A DNA stretch of 59,793 nt from Fidelibacterota bacterium. Lineage in GTDB: Bacteria; Fidelibacterota; Marinisomatia; Marinisomatales; UBA1611. Position numbers and translations under genes: made by a program. The DNA lies in contig JABHKE010000075.1 in NCBI GenBank assembly GCA_018692355.1, positions 1 through 59,793 on the forward strand, read 5' to 3'. The notes under the pieces are model-generated. The model was not told where the DNA came from, did no database searches, and was given only the letters and a program-made list of their open reading frames with translations. This document shows, one piece after another, positions 47,617 to 59,382 of this stretch (position 1 is the stretch's first letter; the number at the start of each line of letters is the position of its first letter).

Positions 47617-50600
47617 TTAATTATTTTTTAATACGCTAAAATATTGGGATTCAGGATGAGAGAAATACCAGCCGCATACTGAAGCTGCGGGCCACATAGC
47701 TCTCGATTCTGTCAAAGAAACACCTATAGTATTTTCCACATCCAAGAGTTTCCATATTTTGTCTTTTTCTGCATGATCAGGACAACTGGGATATCCTGGT
47801 GCAGGTCTAATTCCCTGATATTTTTCCCTAATTAATTCTTCTTTGGAATAAATCTGATTGGAGTCATAACCCCAATCATTTTTTCGAATTTTTTCATGGA
47901 GCCATTCAGTAGCAGCTTCTGCATATCGATCAGCTAACACCTTTACCATAATAGCATTATAATCATCGTGGTCTGATTCAAACTGCTCAACCAGTTTTTC
48001 TAATCCATGGCCAGCCGTAACAGTGAACACCCCAATATGATCATCGCCATTTGGAGAAATATAATCCGCTAGACAAAAATTAGGTTTATTCCCTTTATCT
48101 ATTAATTGACGGGGAAAATTAAACGTAATATCATTTTTTATTAAATGCACTTCTTCTTCTTTGGATTGAGCAGGAAAGATTCCAAACACTGCCTTGACTG
48201 TTAATGATTTTGATTCGATAAGAGATTCCAACATATTTTGAGCATCATTAAAAAGTTTTCCCGCTTCGACTCCTTTTTCAGAGTCATTTAAAATTCCTGG
48301 ATAGGTGCCCTTGAATTCCCACGCATGAAAAAATGGTGACCAGTCAATATAATCCTTTAGCTCATTTAAAGATATTGATTCAATCTTTTGAATCTCGGGG
48401 TTTTGTGGTTGAAATGGATTATAAACCAAATTAGGTTTTCTATTTCTAGCCTCATTAATCGGTAAAATTTTTAATTTTTGTTGATTTTGATAAAAGGTCT
48501 CACGAATTGTTTTATATTCTTTTTTTGTTTTATTAACCAACTCAATTTTATGATCCGGATTTAATAATTTGCTTACAATGCCCACACATCTGCTAGCATC
48601 AATAACATGAATAACGGAAGATCTATATTTTTCTTCTATTTTGACCGCGGTATGTTTGCGACTTGTAGTAGCTCCACCAATCAATAATGGCACTTCAAAT
48701 TTTTGCCTTTCCATTTCTGATGCTACATGAACCATTTCATCCAAGCTTGGAGTTATGAGGCCCGAAAGACCAATGATATCCGCGTTTGCTTTCTTTGCTT
48801 CAGATAATATTTTATCTGCTGGGACCATAACACCGAGATCAATAATATTATATCCATTGCAGCCTAATACAACACCTACAATATTTTTTCCAATATCATG
48901 CACATCCCCTTTTACTGTTGCTAAAACAATGGTTCCATTGGAAATATCAGCAAGCCCTTTCTCTTCTTTTTCTTTCTCGATAAATGGTATCAAATGGGCA
49001 ACTGCTTTTTTCATAACCCGGGCTGATTTTACCACTTGTGGGAGGAACATTTTACCCGAGCCAAACAAATCTCCAACGCGATTCATCCCATCCATTAATG
49101 GTCCCTCAATCACTTCAATAGGGCGATCCAATTGGATTCTAGTATCTTCAGTATCTTCCACAATAAATTTGTCAATTCCTTCAACCAAGGCATGAGATAA
49201 TCTTTCCTGGGTTGGTAATAATCGCCACTCATTATTCGATTTTTTCTCTTGCTTGACTCCAATAAACCCTTCAGCCAATTCCACTAATTTGTCCGTAGCA
49301 TCGGGATGACGATCAAATAAAACATCTTCGATAGCATCACGAAATGCTGGATCAATATCGTCATAAACAACTAATTGACCCGCATTAACGATTCCCATGT
49401 CCATTCCATTTTGGATGGCATGATAAAGAAAACAAGAATGCATGGCCTCACGAACAGCATTATTCCCACGGAATGAGAATGAAAGATTACTCACACCACC
49501 ACTGACGTGAACGAGGGGCATTTTTTCTTTGATCGTTTTGACCGCATCGATAAAAGCTTTGCCATATTTATTATGTTCCTCAATACCCGTAGCCACAGCA
49601 AAAATATTTGGATCAAAAATGACGTCTTCCGGGTTGAGCCCAACTTTTTCAGTTAGCAATGTGTATGCCCGTTGGCATATTGCTACTTTTCGCTCATAGG
49701 TATCTGCCTGACCTTTTTCATCAAATGCCATGACGACCACAGACGCACCATATTTTTTGACCAAATTCGCGTGGCGGATGAATTCTTCTTCTCCTTCTTT
49801 TAATGAAATGGAATTCACCACACCCTTGCCCTGAATATTCTTCAAACCAGTTTCAATAACACTCCATTTAGAAGAATCAATCATTATAGGCACTTTGGAA
49901 ATTTCTGGTTCCGAAGCAATTAATCGTAAAAAATTTTCCATTGCTTTTTCCGAGTCAATCAATCCCTCATCCATATTTACATCAATAATCTGTGCACCGC
50001 TTTCCACTTGTTGGCGAGCTACAATCAGAGCTTCATCGTATTGGTTTTCTTTGATCAATTTTTTGAATTTTGCAGACCCAGTAATATTGGTTCGTTCGCC
50101 CACATTAATAAAATTGGAATCAGGGCGAATGACCAAGGGTTCTAAACCACTCAATTTTGTCAACGGTTCAACTTCCGGGATTGACCGTGGCGTAATCCCA
50201 ACAACTGATCTTGAAAAGGCTGATATATGGTCTGGTGTTGTTCCGCAGCACCCACCCACAATATTCACCAATCCTGACTCAGAAAATTCCTGGAGAAACC
50301 CTGACATTTGATTTGGCGTTTCATCATAACCACCAAATTCATTAGGAAGCCCCGCGTTTGGATAAACCAAAACATTTGTATCTGCAATTTGAGAAAACGC
50401 ATCCACATAAGGGCGAATCTGTTCCGCTCCCAAAGCACAATTCAGTCCCACAGCCAAAAGATCCATATGTCGAATTGAATGCCAAAATGCTTCTACAGTT
50501 TGACCGGAAAGCAAACGTCCACTTGCATCGGTGATTGTTCCGGAAACCATGACAGGAATTTCATTTCCCGTATCTTCAAATAAGGATTGAATACCAAAAA

Positions 50601-51165
50601 GGGCAGCTTTGCAATTCAAGGTGTCAAAAACTGTTTCTACCATTAAAACATCACACCCTCCATCTACAAGACCTTTGGCTTGGTCATAATAGGCATCCGA
50701 TAATTCATCGAAGGAAATATTTCGAAAACCAGGATTGGATACATCCGGGCTCATAGATGCGGTTTTATTGGTCGGGCCTATTGAACCACAAACAAATCTT
50801 GGTTTATCTGGAGTCTTTAATGTGATTTCATCGACTACATCCCGGGCAATTTTTGCAGCTGCCTTATTGATTTCATAAACCAGACCTTCTGTTTGATAAT
50901 CAGCTTGGGAAATGCTAGTTGCGTTGAATGTATTCGTTTCAATGATATCAGCGCCTGCATCGAGGTAAGCACGATGAATCTCGCCCACCACATCAGGGCG
51001 AGTTAAAGATAGAAAATCATTATTTCCTTTTAAGTCGCATGGGTGATCTTCAAAACGATCTCCACGGAAATCCGCCTCTGAAAGACCATAGGACTGTACC
51101 ATGGTTCCCATGGCACCGTCTAGGACAAGAATTCTATTTTTTAGTATGTCTTTTAGTTTTTGCAT
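47617..51165 (-). CDS. metH: Cobalamin-dependent methionine synthase
   Basis: The 1182-aa protein has all modules. These are the Hcy-binding domain ([18 protein letters not shown]), the pterin-binding domain, the B12-binding motif [11 protein letters not shown] and a C-terminal AdoMet activation domain. Confidence 0.95.
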   Translation of the reverse strand: MQKLKDILKNRILVLDGAMGTMVQSYGLSEADFRGDRFEDHPCDLKGNNDFLSLTRPDVVGEIHRAYLDAGADIIETNTFNATSISQADYQTEGLVYEINKAAAKIARDVVDEITLKTPDKPRFVCGSIGPTNKTASMSPDVSNPGFRNISFDELSDAYYDQAKGLVDGGCDVLMVETVFDTLNCKAALFGIQSLFEDTGNEIPVMVSGTITDASGRLLSGQTVEAFWHSIRHMDLLAVGLNCALGAEQIRPYVDAFSQIADTNVLVYPNAGLPNEFGGYDETPNQMSGFLQEFSESGLVNIVGGCCGTTPDHISAFSRSVVGITPRSIPEVEPLTKLSGLEPLVIRPDSNFINVGERTNITGSAKFKKLIKENQYDEALIVARQQVESGAQIIDVNMDEGLIDSEKAMENFLRLIASEPEISKVPIMIDSSKWSVIETGLKNIQGKGVVNSISLKEGEEEFIRHANLVKKYGASVVVMAFDEKGQADTYERKVAICQRAYTLLTEKVGLNPEDVIFDPNIFAVATGIEEHNKYGKAFIDAVKTIKEKMPLVHVSGGVSNLSFSFRGNNAVREAMHSCFLYHAIQNGMDMGIVNAGQLVVYDDIDPAFRDAIEDVLFDRHPDATDKLVELAEGFIGVKQEKKSNNEWRLLPTQERLSHALVEGIDKFIVEDTEDTRIQLDRPIEVIEGPLMDGMNRVGDLFGSGKMFLPQVVKSARVMKKAVAHLIPFIEKEKEEKGLADISNGTIVLATVKGDVHDIGKNIVGVVLGCNGYNIIDLGVMVPADKILSEAKKANADIIGLSGLITPSLDEMVHVASEMERQKFEVPLLIGGATTSRKHTAVKIEEKYRSSVIHVIDASRCVGIVSKLLNPDHKIELVNKTKKEYKTIRETFYQNQQKLKILPINEARNRKPNLVYNPFQPQNPEIQKIESISLNELKDYIDWSPFFHAWEFKGTYPGILNDSEKGVEAGKLFNDAQNMLESLIESKSLTVKAVFGIFPAQSKEEEVHLIKNDITFNFPRQLIDKGNKPNFCLADYISPNGDDHIGVFTVTAGHGLEKLVEQFESDHDDYNAIMVKVLADRYAEAATEWLHEKIRKNDWGYDSNQIYSKEELIREKYQGIRPAPGYPSCPDHAEKDKIWKLLDVENTIGVSLTESRAMWPAASVCGWYFSHPESQYFSVLKNN

Positions 51166-51196
51166 AAAAAAAGCCGGCGCTTTATCCGGCTTCTTT
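51166..51196 (-). terminator. Intrinsic-terminator-like hairpin abutting the metH start codon (candidate attenuator)
   Basis: The minus-strand RNA reads AGCCGG-AUAAAGCG-CCGGCU followed by UUUUUU and then directly AUG (metH). There is no room for an SD between the U-tract and the start codon. Confidence 0.6.
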
Positions 51197-51204
51197 TTAC
51201 AAAA

Positions 51205-51252
51205 CCTTTTTAGCGCTTATTTTACGTCGCGGCAATATGGTGCAAATCACGA
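51205..51252 (-). promoter_or_regulatory. Conserved leader RNA motif upstream of metH (second copy of the metK-leader motif)
   Basis: The minus-strand RNA reads CGUGAUUUGCACCAUAUUGCCGCGACGUAAAAUAAGCGCUAAAAAGG. It is block-wise identical to the metK leader. The words GUAAAAA and AUAAAGCG recur once more inside and next to the downstream terminator hairpin. Confidence 0.45.
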
Positions 51253-51269
51253 CTCATTTAAGTTATATA

Positions 51270-51284
51270 AACTCTGTAAGAGTT
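51270..51284 (-). terminator. Short hairpin after hpf (weak candidate terminator)
   Basis: AACUCU-UAC-AGAGUU is a perfect 6-bp stem with a 3-nt loop, 22 nt after the hpf stop. It is followed by UAUAUAACUU, which is only moderately U-rich. Confidence 0.25.
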
Positions 51285-51305
51285 CAAATATTTTATTTTT
51301 CCTGT

Positions 51306-51596
51306 TTATCTGTGATTATGGAGTACATCCATGTGTTTTTTAAGTTGATTCATCGTTTTTTCAACTACAAGGTCAATAGATTGGGTTATATTTCTAGCTA
51401 CTGCCTTAGCAAAAAATTTATTACCAGGGACAGATAAATTAATCTCTGTTGTATGATCATTATGCTCATGCTCCAAAATAATTTGGCATTGAATAGCTCG
51501 ATCATTGATTTTTTTAAATTTCTCCACTTCTTTTTCTGCATACTCACGAATGTTATCTGGACACTGAAAATGTCTAGCAGCAAATTCTATAATCAT
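51306..51596 (-). CDS. hpf: Ribosome hibernation promoting factor (short HPF/RaiA family)
   Basis: The 96-aa sequence (MIIEFAARHF...EINLSVPGNKFFAKA...) fits the sigma-54 modulation protein/S30EA fold pattern. Confidence 0.8.
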   Translation of the reverse strand: MIIEFAARHFQCPDNIREYAEKEVEKFKKINDRAIQCQIILEHEHNDHTTEINLSVPGNKFFAKAVARNITQSIDLVVEKTMNQLKKHMDVLHNHR

Positions 51597-51616
51597 AATG
51601 TCACCTTTTAGTTTAT

Positions 51617-53233
51617 TTACAATGAAGGACCGGCATTTAATACCGCTGTGTCACCTAAATCATATTGTTTGTAATTCGCTTGGAATTTTTGAACTAATTC
51701 TTTTGCTGTGGTATGGTACTCATCCAGGTTATCCCATGCACGAACTGGATTCAAAAGATTTGAATCAATTTCGCCGAGTGATATTGGGATTTGAAATCCA
51801 AAATATGAATCTGTTTCAAATTCGGATTTTTCAATCTCACCACCCAAAATGGAATTAATAATCTCCCTTGTTTTTGGAAGATTGAATCGTTTTGCACCGG
51901 ATTTTGCGTTGGCCCCTACCCATCCAGTGTTTACCAGATAAACATCTACGTCAAATTTTTCCATTTTCTCTTTCAAAAGTTCTGCGTAACGCAAGGGATG
52001 GAGTGTCAAGAATGGGCCGCCAAAACAGGGAGAAAAGGTAGCAGTTGGTTCTGTAATTCCTCGCTCTGTACCTGCTACTTTTGCCGTATATCCGCTAATG
52101 AAATGATACATGGCTTGGTCAGATGATAATTTTGCCACTGGAGGCAAAACACCATAGGCATCACATGTTAGAAAAATGATCTTTTCTGGATGACCTGCAA
52201 CGCTGGATTTCCCCTGCCCATATACAGAATTATCAATATGATTTAATGGATATGAAACGCGTGTGTTTTCTGTTTTAGAACCATCAGTAAAATCAATGAC
52301 TTTGGTCTCTTCGTTATAGACTACATTTTCCAGCAATGCACCTTCCCGGATTGCATTATAAATATCCGGCTCTTCATCCTTATTCAAGTTGATGACTTTT
52401 GCATAACATCCACCTTCAAAATTGAAGATGCCATCATCAGACCAACCGTGTTCATCATCTCCTATCAGCGGGCGAACCGGATCAGTAGATAATGTGGTTT
52501 TACCAGTACCGGATAAACCAAAAAATATTGCAGGGTTACCACCATCCACATATACATTTGCGGAACAATGCATGGATAACACGCCCCGCTGTGGTAATAA
52601 ATAGTGAAGAACAGAAAATATACCCTTCTTCATTTCACCGCCATATTCTGTTCCACCAATAATGGCAATTCGTCTCCCAAGATGAAATAAAATAAATGTT
52701 TCAGAATTCATTCCTAATGATTTGAAATCTTTATTGGAAACATCCGATGCATTAATAATAGTGAATTCTGGGTTAAAATCATCTAGTTCCCCATCTTCCG
52801 GACGAATGAACATATTATGGACAAAATGAGCCTGCCATGCTTTTTTGGCAATAATCCGGACATTCAATGAATAGGTTGGATCCGCACCGGCAAAACCATC
52901 AAAAATATATGTTTTTGAATCATCTGACCTGTTATAATAGTTCACAACTTTATTATAAAGTCCATCAAATACTTTTTCAGAAACTTTACGATTCACCGGC
53001 CCCCACCATATCTTTTCGGTAGAACTAGGCTCATCCACAATGTATTTATCATTGGGTGAACGACCCGTATAAATCCCTGTGTCTACCATGGCAGCGCCCC
53101 GAAGTCCAATAACGCCCTCGCCATTGCCTACAATATCGGTCACCATGGATTCAACGGAAATATTCCTATGAACATTTGTTAAATCCAATAGCCCGAGTTT
53201 AGCTAACCCCAGGTCATTTCCTGAAATTTTCAT
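51617..53233 (-). CDS. pckA: Phosphoenolpyruvate carboxykinase (ATP)
   Basis: It has the kinase-1a P-loop [26 protein letters not shown] and AYGVLPP. 538 aa. Confidence 0.93.
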   Translation of the reverse strand: MKISGNDLGLAKLGLLDLTNVHRNISVESMVTDIVGNGEGVIGLRGAAMVDTGIYTGRSPNDKYIVDEPSSTEKIWWGPVNRKVSEKVFDGLYNKVVNYYNRSDDSKTYIFDGFAGADPTYSLNVRIIAKKAWQAHFVHNMFIRPEDGELDDFNPEFTIINASDVSNKDFKSLGMNSETFILFHLGRRIAIIGGTEYGGEMKKGIFSVLHYLLPQRGVLSMHCSANVYVDGGNPAIFFGLSGTGKTTLSTDPVRPLIGDDEHGWSDDGIFNFEGGCYAKVINLNKDEEPDIYNAIREGALLENVVYNEETKVIDFTDGSKTENTRVSYPLNHIDNSVYGQGKSSVAGHPEKIIFLTCDAYGVLPPVAKLSSDQAMYHFISGYTAKVAGTERGITEPTATFSPCFGGPFLTLHPLRYAELLKEKMEKFDVDVYLVNTGWVGANAKSGAKRFNLPKTREIINSILGGEIEKSEFETDSYFGFQIPISLGEIDSNLLNPVRAWDNLDEYHTTAKELVQKFQANYKQYDLGDTAVLNAGPSL

Positions 53234-53251
53234 TAGTTATTATTCCTCATT

Positions 53252-54172
53252 CTATCCATGTGGATGTGCATCCGTATAAATGTCCTTCATTTTTTTTGGA
53301 TTTACTTTCGTGTAAATCTGAGTTGATGAAATACTACTATGCCCCAGCAGTTCTTGAATAGATCGAATATCTGCATCATTTTCTAATAAATGTGTGCCAA
53401 AAGTATGACGTAATGTATGAGGGCTGGCACCTGTTCTCCCGCCCAATACTGCTTTTAAATAAATATTAACTCTTTGCTGGATAGTTCTAACTGCAATCCG
53501 TTTTTCGCCACGGCCTGTAAATAAAGGTGTTTGTTGGGGAGAAGCCCAACTTTCCCCCCGTTTCTTTAAGTATGATTCTAATGCGTTTTTGGCCGGCTTT
53601 CCGAATGGGACAATACGCTCTTTATTTCCTTTACCTAAAACTCTTAACAATTTTTCTTGTGGGTTTACGGACCCAATATTGAGTCCTGCCAATTCATTCA
53701 ACCTGATTCCTGTTGCATAAAATAATTCTAGAATTGCCCTATCTCTTTTACCGATAAGTGTTACTGCATCTGGCATTTTCATAAGATCTTCAATTTTGTT
53801 TTCTTGAACAAATGTAGGAATTTTCTTTTCAACTTTTGGTGTTTTGATATGAATGGCGGGATTGTCACAAATGACTTCTGCCTGGACAAGATAATTAAAA
53901 AGTGATTTTATGGAGGCAAGTCTTCGGGCCACTGTTTTGGCAGAATTACCTTCTTCGTATTCTTTCCCCAAAAAATGACGTATTGCTTGTCGGTCAATTT
54001 TTCCAAAATCTTTTAGAAGAATTGAGTCATACTTATATATAAAATTCAAAAATTTTTCCAAGTCGTGTTGATACGCAGTAACCGTATGTGCAGAATATCC
54101 GCGTTCAAATTGGATATAATTCAAGAATTCTTTTAGGGTTTCTGTGCCATTATTCATCATAAAATGATTCAA
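53252..54172 (-). CDS. Tyrosine site-specific recombinase of the XerC/XerD type
   Basis: Catalytic motifs ATGIRLNEL (Arg), [12 protein letters not shown] (His-x-x-Arg) and [14 protein letters not shown] (His, Tyr). The 5' end overlaps rluD by up to 23 nt, and ATG 54160 or 54157 are alternative starts. Confidence 0.85.
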   Translation of the reverse strand: MNHFMMNNGTETLKEFLNYIQFERGYSAHTVTAYQHDLEKFLNFIYKYDSILLKDFGKIDRQAIRHFLGKEYEEGNSAKTVARRLASIKSLFNYLVQAEVICDNPAIHIKTPKVEKKIPTFVQENKIEDLMKMPDAVTLIGKRDRAILELFYATGIRLNELAGLNIGSVNPQEKLLRVLGKGNKERIVPFGKPAKNALESYLKKRGESWASPQQTPLFTGRGEKRIAVRTIQQRVNIYLKAVLGGRTGASPHTLRHTFGTHLLENDADIRSIQELLGHSSISSTQIYTKVNPKKMKDIYTDAHPHG

Positions 54173-55121
54173 TTGAATTCATTAGATTAAAAAAATCTGA
54201 CGGTAATGTTGACTCAAATATCACTGGTAATTTAGTTGTTGGATGTGTGAATTCCAACCGTGTTGCATGAAGAGCATGACGGTTAAAATTTTTCATTTTC
54301 TTTTTATAATAATTGGTGAATTCTGGAAGGAATCCTCGAGTTTTTGAAAAACCTCCTCCATATTTCATATCGCCAAAAATCGGGTATCCCAAATAAGTTG
54401 CATGAACCCTAATCTGATGCGTTCTCCCTGTTTTCGGGTAAAATGATACTTCGGATAAATGTCTGAATTTCTTTTCCACTTTATATTTTGTGATGGATGA
54501 TTTCCCATCTTCCGAAACCGTATATGATGTGGGATCTTTCTTTTTTCTAGCAATAGGTTGATCTATTTCACCGGTATTTTCTGTCCAAAGTCCCCAAGTT
54601 AATGCGGTATATTTTTTCTTAACCTGTCGATTAAGAAACTGATCTGCCAAATTCGCATGTGCCAGATTCGTTTTTGCAATAACCATAATCCCTGAAGTGT
54701 TTGCGTCTAACCGATGCACAATACCGGGACGGATTTGACCATTTAAGTTCGATAAGGAATTAAAATGATCAACAAGACCATTTACCAAGGTTCCAGTTGT
54801 ATTTCCTGTCCCGGGATGGACCACTAATCCTGCGGGCTTATTGATAATAACGATTTCTTCATCCTCAAAAAGAATGTCTAGATCCATCTTTTCTGGAATC
54901 AAATTCGAATTGAGTTCAACAATTTCTTGTGGTTCCACATTAATTATATCATTGAGTTCAAGCTTGTAACCAGTTTTCCGGTTAAGTCCATTCACCAGTA
55001 CATTACTTGACCTGATCCAAGATTGTATCCTTGAACGGGAGTAGTCAGGCATTTGGGAAACCAAATACTTGTCTAACCGAAGTCCAACCACTTCGGATTG
55101 CTGAATATGAAAACTGATCAA
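54150..55121 (-). CDS. rluD: RluA-family 23S rRNA pseudouridine synthase (RluD-like)
   Basis: It has an N-terminal S4 domain (RLDKYL), the catalytic HRLDANTSG and a KxY motif (KKYTAL). Confidence 0.85.
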   Translation of the reverse strand: MISFHIQQSEVVGLRLDKYLVSQMPDYSRSRIQSWIRSSNVLVNGLNRKTGYKLELNDIINVEPQEIVELNSNLIPEKMDLDILFEDEEIVIINKPAGLVVHPGTGNTTGTLVNGLVDHFNSLSNLNGQIRPGIVHRLDANTSGIMVIAKTNLAHANLADQFLNRQVKKKYTALTWGLWTENTGEIDQPIARKKKDPTSYTVSEDGKSSITKYKVEKKFRHLSEVSFYPKTGRTHQIRVHATYLGYPIFGDMKYGGGFSKTRGFLPEFTNYYKKKMKNFNRHALHATRLEFTHPTTKLPVIFESTLPSDFFNLMNSIESFYDE

Positions 55122-55594
55122 GGTAGAGAATTTTTAATAGATTCTTTTTTTTCCAATATAATAGAGTGATAAATGAAGAGGACCATACCAACCGTTACAG
55201 CTGAGTCGGCTACATTAAAAATATACCAATGAAAGTTACCAATCATAAAATCAAGAAAATCCACCACATTTCCGTTGATTATACGATCAACAAGATTTCC
55301 GATTGCTCCAGATAGAATTAATGCTAGACCATATTTGACTAGATGATGCCCATCCCTTTCTTTCCATAGAAGTCCAGTGATGAATGCAGTCAATAATAGA
55401 ATAAGGGAAAGGAGAAAAAATTTTCCACCAGGAAAAGATAAACCAAATGCCATGCCATCATTTGTCACATAGGTCAAATGAAAGAAATCCTGTATAATAG
55501 GTTTTGATTGGTAAAGGCGAAGGGATGATTTAATCGCCCACTTAGACCATAAGTCTAAAGAAACGACGGCTATAATTAGGCCTAAAAGGCTCAT
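55118..55594 (-). CDS. lspA: Lipoprotein signal peptidase II
   Basis: 158 aa with four TM helices, catalytic Asp motifs NDGMAFG and FNVADSAV, and GNLVDR. Confidence 0.9.
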   Translation of the reverse strand: MSLLGLIIAVVSLDLWSKWAIKSSLRLYQSKPIIQDFFHLTYVTNDGMAFGLSFPGGKFFLLSLILLLTAFITGLLWKERDGHHLVKYGLALILSGAIGNLVDRIINGNVVDFLDFMIGNFHWYIFNVADSAVTVGMVLFIYHSIILEKKESIKNSLP

Positions 55595-55600
55595 GAGAGA

Positions 55601-55996
55601 TTAAGCCAGATTAAGTTTTTCTTTTTCTTTACACTGAACGCATTTTGTTGCGTTAGGAACTTCCATCATCCGTTCTTCAGGAATCAGTTCATCGCAGATC
55701 CCACATATACCGAATGAACCGTCAGAGATTCTTTCCAGTGCTTTGGTAAGGGATTTATGATAATCAGTTTCACGATTCATGAAATGAAATCCTTTTTCGC
55801 GTTCGTAGGAATCTGTTCCTGCATCTGCCATGTGCAAACTATAAACAGCATCCTGAGCCATTCCTGAATTTCCACGAGTATTGGTATCAAGTGTATCCTT
55901 GATATCGTCCATTTCATGAGCAACATCATCGAGTCTGCCCTGAATACTTTTTTTAAATTTTTCGAGTTTCGTTTTTGAATATGATTTTAATGGCAT
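55601..55996 (-). CDS. DksA/TraR-family C4 zinc-finger protein
   Basis: It has the C-terminal CGICDELIPEERMMEVPNATKCVQC (CxxC-x17-CxxC). The ileS-dksA-like-lspA gene order is a known conserved arrangement. Confidence 0.78.
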   Translation of the reverse strand: MPLKSYSKTKLEKFKKSIQGRLDDVAHEMDDIKDTLDTNTRGNSGMAQDAVYSLHMADAGTDSYEREKGFHFMNRETDYHKSLTKALERISDGSFGICGICDELIPEERMMEVPNATKCVQCKEKEKLNLA

Positions 55997-56009
55997 TTGG
56001 CTATCCTTC

Positions 56010-59000
56010 TTATATCTTTTTTAAATTAATATTAAACATTTTTTCATTTAATTTAACAGACCCTGAATAGTCCGCATTTTCAATTTTTTCTGAAATAATA
56101 TTTGTTAAAGTTTCATTCCGAAAGTAGGTACTAAATTTACCCACAGCATCGGCGATTTGCCCATCTAAATCCCAAGAGATTTCTATACGGTCTTCTACAG
56201 CAAACCCAGCATCTTTTCTCATGTTTTGTACCGATCGAACCACATCCCTCACAATACCCTCCAGAATTAAATCTTCTGTCAGTTCTAACGATAACCCAAC
56301 TGTAATACCATTATCACTCGCTGCAGCAAAACCTTCTTCAGCTTTAGTTTCAATAAAGATATCATCCCGGGTTAAATAATACTCGCCATTTTTTAGATTT
56401 ATTTCTCCTGTGGATTTGATATTTTCTACCAAATCAATGGGATTACTCTGCTCAAGAAGTATCTTGATCTCTGCCAAACCTTTTCCATATTTTTGTCCCA
56501 ATGTTCGAAGATTTGGTTTTATCCTATATGAAATAAGTTGATCTGCTTCTGTAATTCGTTCAATTGATTTCACATTGAGTTCATCCAAAACCACATCTTG
56601 GTTCTTCATAATAAATAGTGCGATTTTATCGTTTTCAACTGCAAAAGATACTTTTGATAAAGGTTGACGAATTTTCTGGTTGGATTGATTCCTGGCAGAG
56701 CGCCCCAATTCTACCAGTTTTTTAAGGGAATCAACATTGGCTATCAAATCAAGATCGATCCAGGATTCATCTGGTTTTGGATAATCACAAAGATGTAGTG
56801 ATTCGACTGCTTCTATTTCAGAATTTCGTACCAAATTTTGGTATATAGTTTCTGATACAAATGGAAGAACCGGGCCAGCCAATTTAATTGTGTGGGTAAG
56901 TACATTATAAAGCGTGGCATAGGCCGCATTTTTATCGTTGTCATCTTCAGATTTCCAAAAACGACGCCGGTTCCTACGAATATACCAATTCGATAGATCT
57001 TCCAAGTATGCATCAAAAGATTTCATAAATTCATCAACCCGAAATAAATCCATTGATTTCTGGGCATCCTTGATAAGCAAATGAGTCTTCGCTAAGATCC
57101 ATTTATCCAGAATCGTCAACGAAGATTTTTTTAACGGATGTTCATTTGGATTAAAACCATCTACGGAAGCATAGGTGGCATAAAAAGAATAAATGTTCCA
57201 TAATGTAATTAATTTTTTCCGGACTTCATCTGCAGGGCCATAACCAAACAAAAGGTTATGCTCAATATGCTGCAAAGCGTACATCCAACGCATCACATCC
57301 ACACCCATTTTTTCTGCCGCGTCATCGAACCAGATCGCATTTCCCCAACTTTTATGCATATCCCGTCCGGTTTCGTCTTTGACCAAGGCGTGACCAAGTA
57401 ATGTTTTGAAAGGTGCGACTCCCTCTAATTCTGCCGACATAGCCAGCATGGAATAAAACCAATTCCTAAATTGTCCTGGAAAACATTCCGTCACAAAATC
57501 GCCTGGAAACCATTCATTCCAGTATTCACGATCAGAATTATACTTTAATGTAGAAAAAGGAACGATTCCCGCATCTAACCATGGATTCCCAACATCCTTA
57601 ATCCGAGTACCAATTAAACCTGTTTCAGGATGTTTGATTTTCACCGAATCGACCCATGGACGGTGAGGTGATTTTCCATCAAATTCTTCCCACCCATCAA
57701 CAGCCAATTCTTTTAATTCTTCTTTTGATCCTACAACAAAAAATGATCCATCGTCAAATGTCCAGATAGGTAAAGCTAATCCCCAGAACCGTTTTTTGGA
57801 GATCATCCAGTCACCCATATTATCTAACCATTCGTGTTCACGATCCTGGCCCCATTCCGGTATCCAATTAATATCACCAACGATCTTTTTAATCTTTTCG
57901 CGCCAATCCATATTGATGTACCATTCATCAACAAGACGGAACACCAGTTCATCACCTGAGCGCCAACAGTGGGGATAGACATGAGGATAATCTTCAACGT
58001 GAAATAGAAATCCACGATTTTTTAAATCTTTAATTATGGCTTCTGTCGTGGATTTCTCTGTTGCAACTTTACCTGTGAGCCACCCAAATTTTTCAATGAA
58101 TTTTGATTCATCATCCAAAGGCGCAATATTGACAAGCCCTAGTTTTTTTCCAATTTTATGATCAATGTCACCACATCCTGGTGCCATATGAACAATTCCA
58201 GTTCCTTCTCCTGCCACAACTATATCATTCCCGATATTATCCTTCCCAGGGTCAACAACTTTGTGCAGGATTTTTGATGTCACTCCTTTTTCTTTCAAAT
58301 TTTCGTTGATAATCGGGAATCCACCGGGTTCAAGTTGCGCTTCAAAATCATCGAAAGGTCCATCATATTCCCAGCCCACCATATCAGCACCTTTTAGAGT
58401 ACCACATTCTTCGTATCCGCCCCGTTCCTTAAATATTTGTGCAATTGTTTTGAGTTTTAGAACACCTTCCACCCATTGCTTTTTTTCTTTGAATTGTTTT
58501 TCTAATCGCTTGAATTCGAGATTCTCTTTCGCAAAATAATAAATAGATCCATCGTGTGCTTTAAGTTTAACATAATCCAGATTCACATTAACACCAACCA
58601 CCACATTTGAGGAAAGTGTCCAGGGGGTAGTGGTCCAAACTAACAAATATTCATTTTCGCGGCCTTTTATTGGAAATCGAACAAATACAGATTGATGGGC
58701 AACAAGTTTCCGCCCTTCAATAATCTCCATCTGAGAATAAGATGTGCCGGATCGCCCGCTCCAAGGGACAACATCGTTACCGCGGTATACTTTCCCTTCT
58801 GTCCATAATTTTTTTAAAAATGACCAGATCGTATAATTATTCTCGTCGGACATGGTGTAATAGGAATTATCCCAATCCATCCAATATCCGAGTCGCTTAG
58901 ATTGTTCGGTTTGTATTCCCGAATATTTCTCAACACGCTTCTTGCATAGGGTGACAAATTTTTCAATACCGTATTCTTCAACCTCGCGCTTGGACTTAAA

Positions 59001-59306
59001 GCCCAATTCTTTCTCAACTTCAATCTCTACCCATAGCCCTTGGCAATCAAATCCATTTTGATATCGAAGATCGAAACCGCGCATTGCTTTATAGCGATTA
59101 TAAATATCTTTTAAGGATCGACCCCAGGCATGGTGCACACCCATGGGATTATTGGCAGTTATAGGGCCATCGATAAAACTCCATTTAGGATTCCCTTTAT
59201 TCTGGGCCCGACGTTTTTCGAAAATGCCGTTCTTTTCCCAGAATTTCAGGATATCATGCTCTGCCGCAATGAAATCAACTTTGGTATTTACTTTTTTAAT
59301 GCTCAT
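56010..59306 (-). CDS. ileS: Isoleucyl-tRNA synthetase (long, type-2 form)
   Basis: It has the HIGH-region variant PMGVHHAWGRS, the KMSKS-region variant DMHKSWGN, a CP1 editing domain and a long C-terminal extension. 1098 aa. Confidence 0.93.
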   Translation of the reverse strand: MSIKKVNTKVDFIAAEHDILKFWEKNGIFEKRRAQNKGNPKWSFIDGPITANNPMGVHHAWGRSLKDIYNRYKAMRGFDLRYQNGFDCQGLWVEIEVEKELGFKSKREVEEYGIEKFVTLCKKRVEKYSGIQTEQSKRLGYWMDWDNSYYTMSDENNYTIWSFLKKLWTEGKVYRGNDVVPWSGRSGTSYSQMEIIEGRKLVAHQSVFVRFPIKGRENEYLLVWTTTPWTLSSNVVVGVNVNLDYVKLKAHDGSIYYFAKENLEFKRLEKQFKEKKQWVEGVLKLKTIAQIFKERGGYEECGTLKGADMVGWEYDGPFDDFEAQLEPGGFPIINENLKEKGVTSKILHKVVDPGKDNIGNDIVVAGEGTGIVHMAPGCGDIDHKIGKKLGLVNIAPLDDESKFIEKFGWLTGKVATEKSTTEAIIKDLKNRGFLFHVEDYPHVYPHCWRSGDELVFRLVDEWYINMDWREKIKKIVGDINWIPEWGQDREHEWLDNMGDWMISKKRFWGLALPIWTFDDGSFFVVGSKEELKELAVDGWEEFDGKSPHRPWVDSVKIKHPETGLIGTRIKDVGNPWLDAGIVPFSTLKYNSDREYWNEWFPGDFVTECFPGQFRNWFYSMLAMSAELEGVAPFKTLLGHALVKDETGRDMHKSWGNAIWFDDAAEKMGVDVMRWMYALQHIEHNLLFGYGPADEVRKKLITLWNIYSFYATYASVDGFNPNEHPLKKSSLTILDKWILAKTHLLIKDAQKSMDLFRVDEFMKSFDAYLEDLSNWYIRRNRRRFWKSEDDNDKNAAYATLYNVLTHTIKLAGPVLPFVSETIYQNLVRNSEIEAVESLHLCDYPKPDESWIDLDLIANVDSLKKLVELGRSARNQSNQKIRQPLSKVSFAVENDKIALFIMKNQDVVLDELNVKSIERITEADQLISYRIKPNLRTLGQKYGKGLAEIKILLEQSNPIDLVENIKSTGEINLKNGEYYLTRDDIFIETKAEEGFAAASDNGITVGLSLELTEDLILEGIVRDVVRSVQNMRKDAGFAVEDRIEISWDLDGQIADAVGKFSTYFRNETLTNIISEKIENADYSGSVKLNEKMFNINLKKI

Positions 59307-59382
59307 GATATTGGAAAAATATTAAACAAAATGTGACGGGGAAATTATCTCAATTCAGTAAAGATAGTCACGGTTGTTTTAT

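Noticed and set aside
48755-50311. Two long plus-strand ORFs (146 aa and 138 aa) inside metH
   Set aside because: They are antisense to a gene with continuous family motifs. They have low-complexity Ser/Pro/Ile-rich translations and no start context.
51398-51858. Nested or overlapping ORFs 51398..51583 (-) and 51598..51858 (+)
   Set aside because: The first is out of frame inside hpf and the second is antisense to the pckA 3' end. Neither has motifs.
59307-59382. ileS leader as a T-box or attenuator
   Set aside because: It has only a 5-bp GTGAC/GTCAC pairing with a 30-nt loop. There is no specifier/T-box sequence and no terminator before the ATG.
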